IMG/VR virus record: IMGVR_UViG_3300027659_000029
DNA from: an uncultured virus (IMG/VR IMGVR_UViG_3300027659_000029)
Lineage: Duplodnaviria; Heunggongvirae; Uroviricota; Caudoviricetes
Reading direction: 5' to 3' (one strand)
DNA: 64,000 nt
Shown in pieces: positions 27,801-39,800 of this stretch (position 1 is its first letter; the number at the start of each line of letters is the position of its first letter). The notes below the pieces were generated by a model. The model saw only the letters and a program-made list of their open reading frames with translations, made no database searches and was not told where the DNA came from. The position numbers and the translations under genes are program-made.

Positions 27801-30800
27801 ATCCTTTGCCCTTCTTTTTACTTCTTCATCTACTGCTGTATCAAAATCCTCTTGACTCCACTTTGGCAATTCTTTTGTTGCTGATTCAATTAATTTTTTA
27901 TGTTCACTCGCTATTTTAAGTATTGCATTTTCTTGCGCTTCAGTTAGTGGCTTACCTCCTTGATTACGAATAATATTCATTCTTCTAATAACAAGATTGT
28001 TATCAGCATCCATTTTAGCTACCATTTGTCGTATATAGAATGATCGCCCAGCTACTTTACCTGTTTCAGATAATACTTTATCGACATTAAGTAATTCAGC
28101 TTGTAATACTTTAGCTTGTGCTAATGCTAACTCTCTATTTGCATCATCAAGTGATGACATTCTATCATTAAGTTTCCCAATTTCTTCATTGATATGTGTA
28201 CGATAATATGACATCACCGCTAAATCTTCATCTGTTGGATTAAATGTTGACTTACCTTTTTCATCAATTTCATTTTCAATCTTTTCTCTCCAATCACTAA
28301 TTCTGTTTTTTGCTACGTCTGTAAGTGATTGACCTTTTTTAGCCGCATTAGCAAGGCTGTTTATTGCACCTTTTACACTTTCATCCCATGTAACAACATT
28401 CCCAGTACTATTATATTTTTTTGCAAGTTCTTCCGCAACTGTGATATCATTTTTATTGATATGGGTATACTCGCTATCCGCTTTTTCTTGTGGCGTTTCA
28501 CTTATTTCGTCTGTGGCATCCACCTTTGGCACTTCCGCAATTTTTAAAGCACTATCAATTTCTTCTTGTGAATTACCTTTTCTTTTAAGTATGGACTCAA
28601 TCTCTTTGTCATTTGCTCCTTCACCCCTTAGTTCATCAATGAATGATGTAAGTTCTTTTTTAGGTACTGCGGTGAATAATGGCAAACCACTTTCAACTTG
28701 TGATTTAAGTTCTGGTGTGATGTCTATGGAGTGTTGGGTGGAAGTTACTTCTTTTATTTCATTGTCTTTTGTTGTTTTTGCCCTTCGGGCTTCAATATAT
28801 GATGTAAATACCCCTAATTTATTTCCATTACCGTCAATAACAGTATAAATACGGTCAGACTTGAACCTATTTGGTTGCGTCTCTTCAATTTTTGATGGCT
28901 TACTTAAACCAAGTTTCTCGCCACTATTTATTTTAACCGTTTTCGGCTCTTGCTTAAACAAACTCTTAGCTACATTACCTACTATACCTAAACTTCCTTC
29001 TGTTGGACTTCCATAAAATCCCTTCATGCCTTTGCCGCCTAATTTTAACCCATCACCACTAAATATACTTTTACCTTCATTTATAACTTTGTCCGCTATT
29101 TCTTTCCCAACATAATCAGTAAGTTCCTTTTCATTTCTCATTAACCCTTTATGTTCTTCCCCATACAAATCCGTTGTGGTAACATCAAATGTATCGTCCT
29201 CTAAATGATTGATTTCAATTCTTTTTACTTGCTTACTCAAATCATACCTTTCATTCTGCTGCTCTCCTGTACTCCAAGCAATCTTATCAGCCCCTTGTTT
29301 TACTGCTTCTTTAAGGGCTACTTTTAAGCCTAATTTAGTCCATGCGTTTGTGTCGGTTACGAAGGGGGCAGATGAAATAATTGATTCTTTTGATTTACTA
29401 ATTGTCCAATTTGCAGTATTTTTAAGTCTTTCTTGTCTTATTATATACTCTTTAGCTTCTTTTTCTGAACCAAAATACCCATCAATAACACCTTTACTAT
29501 CTAATACGATAAACTCCTTAACATCAAACCCTTCTTTCTTTCCTTTTTGCCCCCAATCGGTTTGTACTTCTTCCAAAAACAATACCTTGCTGCCATCTGC
29601 TGCTGTACGGGTGTTCATGCGAAGATGAACAAGTATGTTGGGTTCGTCAAAGTGAGAAGATTTGAATTTTGCGGGGACTTCGGCTATCCCACTATTCCTA
29701 ATTTCGACTGTGCTTGGTAATTTACTCCTTATATCATCAAGTTTCCAACCAAGTCTATAATGTTCATCCTTTTGTGATTCAGTTGGCATATCTAAACCAA
29801 GTTCAGCCTCTATTTCTTCCCTACGTCTTACTATGGCATTATGTTCATCAATCAATGGTTGCTCCTTATTAGGCAAAGTAACCAATACCTCTTTGTAGTT
29901 TTCTTTTTCCCCTTCTAATTGGTATTGAGAGTATTTGGTTTGTGAAAAATACCCTTCTTCCTCATATAATTCTTTTGCCTCTTTTAATGCTTCTTCTTTT
30001 GTATTTGCAAATATATTTGTTGGGTTGCCATCGCCATCAAGAACTATCCAATCACCTTTTTTCAAATTTTCATTTCCAGCAATTATTTCTTTGTCAAAAT
30101 TCTTACCATCATATTGCTTGACTACTGCTTCAAAACCCTCTCTTTTTACCAATTCAACAACTTGTATTCTATTATCCTTTAAGTATTGTTGTATATCTGT
30201 TTTAGATACAGAACCTTCTTGTTGTGCCAACCAATTAGATAACCCAGTCCACTTAGCCTCATCGCCCTTTCCAAATTTTTCAATCCATTGCTTTGCAGGT
30301 AATTTATCTAATTTTGTTTCTGAAATAGTTTTTTCAAGTGGGGAGTAAAACCCATTTACAACATCAGGTGCGGTTGGCTTTACTTTAACTTTCTCACCAT
30401 TGAACATAATTGTTTTTTCACCTGCTTTTTGTTCTTGTTTTTTCAATTTTAGGTATTCTCCTTTTGCAAGAGAGTTTGACGAACGATTAAGTAATTCTTC
30501 AATTGTAAGTGATTGCAAATCGGTGGTGTCTTTTAGCCCAAGTTTTTCAGCAAACCATTTTTTAACTGCTTGTATAAAATTCTTGACTTTACCGCCACTT
30601 GCCTCTTCAAATTTCTTTGCATTGATAGGTGCTTGTAGATATGCCCACATTTCATTTCTTACCCTTTCACGATATTCGTTTGGTGATTCACCTTTTTCCT
30701 TACGATAAACATCACTACTTAAATCAATTCTTTGTTCGCCAATCCTTACTACTTTTTGTCCACTTTCTATTTGGTCAATGGCTTCCTTTAAAATACTATC

Positions 30801-33800
30801 AAACCTTCTTAGGATTGCGGTGGCTTGTACATCACCACCATCACTTGCTATCTTAATTGCTTGTTGTTGTACATGTGTTAATTCGTGCCATGTTGTTTCA
30901 GGTGTTAACGCATCAGGGTTCAAATATATTTTACCATTATGATAGAATCCAAGTACATCGCCATTTGGCTTTTTTATTTCATTTACATTCCCATATCCAA
31001 TTTCTTTCAATTTGCTTGAAAATTCCGAAAGCGGTGCAAATACTTTTATATTTAATCCTTTTTGTATAAAGTCTGTTATTTTTTCTACTTGTTTTTGTTG
31101 ATTTGGAGTTGTTTTATTTTCACCTACTGCATTTGTGGCAAATTGTGTCCGTTCTCCTTCTTCTGAAATATTTTTTTCAATTACTTTTTTAATTCCTTCA
31201 GTTGCTTTTTTTATAATTGCATCTTTATCTGTTTTCCCTTTTGCATTTCTATAATCAGATACTGCTTTATCAAAAATTTCTCTTACTCCTTTTTCATTTA
31301 TACTTCTATCAAATAAAGCTGCTGCAAGTTTTGATTTTTCACCTTCTTTTGCGGTGGCTTCTGTATCTACTTTACTATTTGCTTGTTCAAGTACGTCCGC
31401 ATTTCTAGATGCTGATTTCAAAAGTCTTGCATCATCCTTTAAATTAGAAACAATGTCACTTTGCACTTCCGCCATTGCTTGTGTATCTAATTCAAATTCT
31501 TGACCAAACATCCCTTGCTGAACTGATACATCCGCATTTTCATTCCCAATAGACCTTTCCGTTAATACCGCAAAACGATTAAGTTTATCTTGACTTGCAT
31601 TTGGGTTATTTGCGTATTTGGCTACTGAATTTCTAAGTTTTGCTTGATTTTCTTTTTTTACATTTGATAATGCAATGGCTGTATTCATTTTCATATTACC
31701 AGTTGCCACTTCTTCAAACATATCATCACTCAACTTGGATAATGCCAAACCTTCTTTTGCAACTTTACTATTTGGAGCAATCAGTCCTTTCATTAATTCT
31801 GGGTTCTCTCTTATGACCTTTGCCGCATCAACTGAAGTCCCTTTGCCTTGTTTTATATTTGTTCTTGCGGCCACAACCATTGCATCTTTTGCTGTTGGTG
31901 CATCAATAAAAAACACGTTCATATTTTCCACGTTATCTTTCATTGCTCTTTCTGTTCGATGGTGTCCATCAACAACATAAATTTCACCTTTACCTTTACC
32001 TAATTCATTATCTACATCTCTCCATACACCAATAGCACCTGCGTCATTAGGATCAAACTTATCTTGTATTTGTTCGTTTTCATTTGTGCCACTTTTATTT
32101 TTAGACGCTTTGTATTGGAATACTTTTGGCTCAACAATAAGGCTTTCTGTTGGTAATGTGGCAACTTTAATGCCTGAAGCTACTATTACTTGGTCGGCTT
32201 CTTTGTCTGCTTGATTGAGTCTAATTTCGCTTTTACTTTCTGCTTTACTTTCTGCGCTTGTAAGAATAGGTGTAATTTCTCCGATTCTTCTTGATGGTTG
32301 TAGTTGTTCTTTTTCATTTTCGTTATTTTTAAGTTGTTCTTTTGTGGCATTTTCTACTTTTTTTTGTTCAGTAGGGCTTACCATTTCAATTGATTCATTC
32401 GACTTAAAGTGATTACTTATATCTTCTTCGGTGGAATATTTTTTTATTTCTCCATTTATTAATGGTTTATACCCACCATTTAATAAATCATAAGCCCTAG
32501 CTTCTCTTACTTGTACTGATTTTTTTTCTAAAATAGCTGCATCAAATACTACTATATTTTCAACACCTGCCTTGTTTCTAAGCGTTATATCCTCATCTGT
32601 AAATGATGCTGCATCAAACCCTTTTCTTTTTAAATTGTCAAATATTTTAGATTGTTCTTTTTCGTTCAAAGCCGTATTGAACCTATCATCTACTAATTCG
32701 TGCAATTTCAATTCATCATTTACAACTATACCTTCTTCTTCAATTGCTTTACGAAAATCTTTTTCAGATGCTACTTTTGATTTTTCTATTTTATATTTTA
32801 TCAAATCACCACCATTACCTTTAGCATATTCACCTCCTTGATTTGCATCTTCGGTGACGTATATTCTACCAGATTTATCTCCGTACTCGCCACCATGATA
32901 AACAGTAATATATTCTTTTTCAATTTTCAATTCATCTTTATTTGCATTTATACCACCACTATTTTCTTTTAGTGTTTCCGATTTAATGCCTAATTCATCT
33001 AATATTGATTTCTTTATTTTATCTATAAATTCTTTTGCGCTAGGAACTTCTTTCTCTAATTTTCCATTTAAAATATCGTTAATAAATTCTTTTTTAGAAA
33101 GCGTCTGTTTCCCCGTACCACTTCTTGTGTCTATCCATTCAAGTTTTTCGGTATTAGGATTATATTCAGCCCCCCAATCAGCTAGTAAACCATAAATACC
33201 ATAATCATCCGTTTCGTGTTCATCTTTTAAAAGCCTATTAAATACTTTTGATATATCCTTATTGCTTTTTACATCTATTACATCACCATTAGCTTCTTTT
33301 AGTGTTTCTGTTGATTTACCTAATTTTATATCCGTAATTATTGGGAGTGTGCCGTTAGTTTTTATTTGATTTGCTATAGTTTCAATTTCATTTAATTTTG
33401 ATTCAAGCCCTTTGATATTGTTATTTATTAAATCAAGGACTAAGTCAACTGCTAACTTTTGTTCTTTTGTATATGTAGGGATTGCTTCGTATTCACTTCT
33501 TATTCTATCAAGAATAGATGAATTGAATTTTTCAATATATTCTCTACTATCTACTGCATCACTCCATTTTAAGTTTGTTTTTTCAAACTCTTCTATTGTT
33601 TTAATAGATTTATGAATAGGCGTGTACCCTTCTTTACTTTTAGTAATCCAATCTCTAAGTTTTTTAACTTTTTCCATTAAATACCCAATATCGGGTCTAT
33701 CCCCTCTTGATGATAATTCCCGCAGTATATCACCTGCGTTTTCAATTCGCTCTCTCCATACTTGCGCTTCCCCCCACAAACTTTTTGTACTAATGGTTCT

Positions 33801-36800
33801 TTCTGCGGTTGCATCTTGGATATCAAATGCTGTGCCGAACTTTACACCACTTATTTTTTCCTCCTCACTCAGCTGTTGCTTGGACTTAGGAGTTTCTGCG
33901 ATGGATTGTTCAACTGCTTTGATTTTATTATCCCAAAAAGACGTATCAGAAGATATAAAAACTCCTTTTTCGGAAATAAACTTTCCCTCTTCTTTCCCTC
34001 CTTCTTCAAAATCGGCTAATTGTTTTTGCTTATTGTTTTTATAGGATTTTAATAAAGCCTCATAATCGGCTTTTGTGGCAGAAGTAATTATTGGGTTTTC
34101 TCTTGTGCCTGTTAATTTATTTCTTTCCTCTTGACCAATTCCTTCTTCTCTGAGCCTTGTTTTTATTACATTTGCTAAATCTGCATCCACATCCCCTTTT
34201 GCACCACTATTCTCCTCATCACTCAGCTGTTGCTTGGACTTAGGAGTTTCTGCGATGGATTGTTCTTGTAATTTATCTAAATCAAATATTAAATAATGGG
34301 TATCTCCATCAACTTTTCTTTTTACCCCATCAAAACCTTGTTCTATTAGTTTTTCAGCACGTTCTTTTTCTGAATACTTTAATAAAGGAAAATATTCTTT
34401 ATCGGTAGCAAGTTTTAATTTATCAATATTAATTATTTTACTAATTATATTTTTACCTTTTGCTCTTGCCCCCATAGGAGAATATTCATTAGTAGTAAAC
34501 CAAGTACCTTCTGGTCTGCTCTTAATATTACTTAAATCATTTTGCGTATGATGATATATTAATTTTTCTCCCTTTTGTAGCTTTACATCTCCCCCTACAC
34601 CACTACCTTTCTCCTCCTCACTCAGCTGTTGCTTGGACTTAGGGACTTCTGTAAGGGATTGTTCTACTGCTTTGTTGTCAAAATTATTATCAATAAAACG
34701 AATTGCATCTCTATGTAGCCCTTGTTTTTCTAATTTAGATATAACTTCTTCTTTGGTAGTTGCTCCATCTTTAATTGCTGAATTAATATACTCTTGTCCT
34801 TTTGCAATCTTATCATCAAATGATACATCTTTTTCTATAAACACAGGAATTAACTTCTCTCCTTTTTCCCTTGCAACAACTGCTCTATTTCTGCCCTCTT
34901 GACTAAACTTGCCATCTTTAGTAGATATAAATGGCATATCAATTTTATTCCCATCATTTATAGCTTCATTTATTTTATTTTTTTTATCTTCTATTATATT
35001 AGCATCTTCTTTTGTCTTTAACCCCTCTCTTACTTTTTTTAAATATTGATCTGGGGACATCATTACAACTTCACCGCTTACTCCTTTATAAAAATAATTA
35101 TACCCATCATCTTTAAGTAAAACGTCTAACCCACTTATTCCTGTTTTTTTAGGATTAAATATTCCTTTGTAATCTTTCACATCTCCCCCTACACCACTAC
35201 CTACTACCTTATCCTTTACTTCTTGGGTGGGTAGGGATTGTTCTTTTTCAAAGTTTTTTCTTAGTGCTTGATACGCTTCTGCCCTAACTTCCATAGGTAC
35301 ATAATTCATGTATGTATCTTCCAAATTAGAAATAGCCCTTTTTTCATCCCTATCATTTAATGTTTCATTAAATAACTTTGCTAACCCTTCTTTTATATTT
35401 TCCCCTTTATATTTTTCTTGATGCTTTTTATCTATTTCATTTAATAAAAAGTTCCCATAATCACTAACTACTCCCCCTGCTGCTGCTTCGGCTTGGGTGG
35501 GTAGGGATTGTTCTACTGCTTCCAGATTGTCTAAATTATATACTTCTACTTTTATTGTATTTTCCCCATTGTTTATAGCGTTTTGTGTTTTATGGTGTCC
35601 ATCCATTAAATATTTATTACCTTTAAAAATAATTACGATTGGTTGTTTTATATCTCTTTGCTGTTTATTTAAAAGAGTTTTATCAAAATGTTTATATACA
35701 TTTGGTTGTGTTGGAATCAGTTCTTTTATATTGACTGTTTCTATTTTTGATTTATGTTTCCCATAATCAAATCCTAATACATCTCCTTTTTCGTGGTCAA
35801 TATTTAATAATTCTTCTGGTAACTCTTGATATTCTATTACTTTTTTATTCCAATTTATTGGTATTTCTTCATTACTTTTCACATCTCCTACACCACTACC
35901 TTCTTGGGTAGTTGCTTTGAGGGATTGTTCTAATACTTTTATAATGGCATCGGAATCACCTAATTCAAATTTTATTATTTCCCTTATTTCTTTGTCGTTT
36001 TTACCCTCATCACGAAGGTCTTTTACAATGTCATTCATATCTGATGACATATCCTTGCCTAAATCACCAACAACATCAAACTTATGTGCTGAATTACTCA
36101 TTTCAGCCAATTCTTTACTTGATAGTTTACTTACTTCTTTACCACTTAATAAGTCCTTTAAAACTGAATTTGTAAAATCGCCTAAAGTTAGATTTTGGAA
36201 TTTTTCCGCTGACATATTTCCAAATCCTAAAACACCTTTCATGGCATTGTACAACTCAGTAATATATTTTACAAAATTTCTTTTTTGCGCTTCGTTTACA
36301 AATAATTCTCCTTTATCACCTATTGCTTTTGCAAGAGCCTCATCAGCAATAGACTCTTTAATAGCGTTAGAATCACTATGGGATTCATTTACTTTATATT
36401 TACCCGTTGCCTTGTCTATTATAAAAGCATCATCCCCATATATTTGTTCAGATAACTTTCTATATTTTAGATTATTTATAACCTTATCATAATACCTTGA
36501 ATTATTAGTATCTATAATTAAGTCAATCCCCTTTTTATAAATTTTTGGGTTGTATTTTTTAGCGTATTGATTCCATACATGACCCATTTCATGTATAGGA
36601 GTATTATTATTTAAAAATTCTGGATTAAGATATATCTTTCCCGTTTCACCATCTACAACCCCAAATGTTTTATCATTTTTATTTAATAGCTTTTGATTTT
36701 TAAGATCTTTATCTTTTTCCGCATATGCTACTTTATCAATAATTACATCAATATTAGGAAACGCCTTGTTTACCCATATAACTAATTTTTGTTGTGCAGT

Positions 36801-39800
36801 TATTTGTGGGTTTTTGAAAAAGTTAATAATGCCTACTTTTGCTTTTTGCATTAAATTAGCAGTATTACTTCCAGAAATATTTTGAGTATATGGTTCTTTA
36901 GATGCTTCGCTAACAACGTAACCTTGTTTTTTCAATTCTTGAATGACCGCTTCTTTTGAATTGAATGTAAGTACATTCCCTGATTCTTTAATTGATCCAC
37001 CATTAGCATTATAAAACTTACCATCTGTTTTAGTAAAAACACCTTTTTTATCAGTAAATTGTAATTTAGTTGCACCCTTACCTAATTCGGCAGTATAATT
37101 ACCACTACTATCATGTGAAATAGATATTCTTGAAGTTTCTTTTGTTCCTTTTACTTTTACATTTTCGTCTACAGATGTAGTAGATGTTTTAACATATGTA
37201 TCCATCATTTCGGGTGATAAATGATGCATTTGTGATGTTTCACTATATAATCCTATTGGGAATCCTTCAACACCAAAAGCATAATTTGGATGTCTTTCTC
37301 TATTAACATCTTCAATAACTTTAGAATTAGGGTCAATTGCTAATAATATCATTGGTTGACCAGCATCAATACCATCCATTATTGGCTCACTTAATGTCTT
37401 TGAAATCCCTTCTGTATTAATCCCTTTATCCTTTAATATTTTAGCTAATGGATTTACTTTTTCAGATGATGCAGTACCCTCTGAAGATAAGAATACCATA
37501 TTCATTATTTCTGACTTAGTTCCCAAACTCATATCAGATTTATCCCCATTAAGTATTGCTTCTAATTCTGTAAAATTTTTTGCTTTTAACAATAATGGTA
37601 AATATTTTTCTTTTGGCGAAACTCCTGTATTTTTATCTTTTTCCTCGCCCCACTTTATTGTTTCTAATCTGCCTTTTACACCATTTGCTCCATGTATTAT
37701 TTCAAAAACTTTACTTTTCTCATCAGCGGTTAAATTAACATCCATTAATCTGAATGCTTCTTTAGCAAAGGCTTCATTACTTTTTATGCCATCTTCTCCC
37801 ATTTTGTAGATAGTTACTAACCCAAATTCTTTATTGTTGGGTATAGCGTTTTCTATCCTTTGCTTTTGCTCATCTGTTAAATTAAGATTTTCAAAATAAT
37901 GTGCTTTAAGTTCTTTGCCACTTATTTTTTTAGCTGATTTTGCTGCATTAAGCATAGCACTTGCAGCACCAGCCTTTACTGCTGCCCACCCATATATTTT
38001 TTGACCAGTTTTTAATGTTCCATCTATTAAATCATTAAGTGATTTAAAAGGATACCCTATACCACCCTCATCTCTGATAGTTTTTTCAATAGGGTTGCCA
38101 TTAGCATCTAACTCTGCTACTTTTCTGTCTCCTGTTCTTAGTGGGTCGGACATACCAAGACCTACTTTTTCACCTCTAAGCCAATCGGACATTTCTATTC
38201 TTAACTTGCCCATTAGGGTTGCTTCTGGCCTTGTATCTGTTGGGCTAACTTCGATTTTTTGTTTAGGAACATCAGCATCCTGAGGTTCGGTCATTGTAAC
38301 AGGACGGTTTTGCGTATTATTATCCTCAATTGCAGCTCTGTCAAAAACCCCTTTTACTTCTTCATTTGCTTGTCTTAACGCTTCTACATCTTGGTCATAT
38401 AATGCTTTTTCAACTTTATATTTATCTAATTCTTTTTGATAATTTTTATTAGAAGTGCCGTCTTTTTTTGTTTTGCTTGGTTTTTTAGGTTCTTCGGCAT
38501 TGCTTATGTCTACTTGAAATTTGCCAGAATGATTCTTTTTAAACTGCTCTAATTTACTCTTTACCTTATCATTCACTATTTTCTTCTCTTCACCAAATAA
38601 TTTATTTTCAACTTCTTTTTTAAGTTCATTTACTTGTTTTTGAAGTTTGGGTATAAGGGCATCTGATTCAGCTTTTGTTTGAGATTCGTATTTTTTTATT
38701 AGGTTATTGAGGTGATTACCTTTTCTTACCCTTCTGCCATTTAAAGTGGCTTCATAAGTACCGTCTTCTTTTTTCTCAACAAGATAAGTTTTATTATTTT
38801 CGTATTGAATTAATTTTGCTTTTATTTCAACATTTTTCAAATCTTCAAGTGCAGTTTGCTCTATTAGATTTATTTCGTCAACGGCTTCTTGTAGCCTAAT
38901 TTCTTGTTCTGACTTTGTTGGTGTTGTTCCATCAGTTTTACTAACTCCTTCTTGGGTAGTTTGCGTAGTTTTTCCTTTGCGTTCATTTTGTTTTAGTATT
39001 TGTTCAGCCTCTTGCTCACTCAATTGTTCCATTGTGTGAAGTGCTGATTGGTATTTTAATTCTTCAATTACAGATGGGGTGGAATTTAATTTTATAGAAC
39101 CGTCTTCTTTTACAAGTACCGCTCTTTCATTTCCTTTTTCGTCTTTATCAAAACGTACTTCTGAATACACTTCACCATTAACTTGTATGCCATCAATATT
39201 ATCCGCTAATCTTACAGGTGATTCGTAATCGACATAAGGTTGATCAGGTCGCAATTCAATTATCTTATTACCTGATGTAATTGTAGCCTTGCCGCCTTCA
39301 TCAACTTCAACAATACCAGTTATTGCCTTGCCCCCAACATTTACAGTTAATGTTTCTCCTTTTCTTTCTGTTATTGGAATTTTTACTATAGGTAATTCTT
39401 CTTCTTGTTTTGGCTGTTCAGTTATTGGTTCATTTTTAGTTTCAATAGAGGTTTTATTGCCACTACCTACTTCTTTGTCTATTATTTCTTTTACTTTTGG
39501 GATTGATAGCAAATATTCACTTTTGTCTTTAGCTCTTTCGTAATCAAGATTTTGCTTTGGAGTTAATTCATCAACAAGTGATGATTCATTCTTAACTATA
39601 TACTCATCAATTTTAGCTTTAGTTTCTAAATCTTTTTGGTTAGTATCTACATCAATACTACCTGCTTCATCAATTTTAGATAATTGCCATTCAAGGTTTT
39701 TTATTTTTGCTTTCTGTTTCTTATTTGCATCTTTAAAAACATTTTCCGAAAAAGGATAAGTACCGTCATTAAATGCTTTTTCAGAATCACTTAATGCTTT

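Noticed and set aside
34176..34195. DVDAD in the giant protein as an RNA polymerase DxDxD motif
   Set aside because: It falls at the end of a linker repeat (GDV) with no RNAP-like context.
32941..35935. CRISPR array
   Set aside because: Repeats vary in length, spacers are 200-550 bp and protein-coding in frame, and there are no cas genes.
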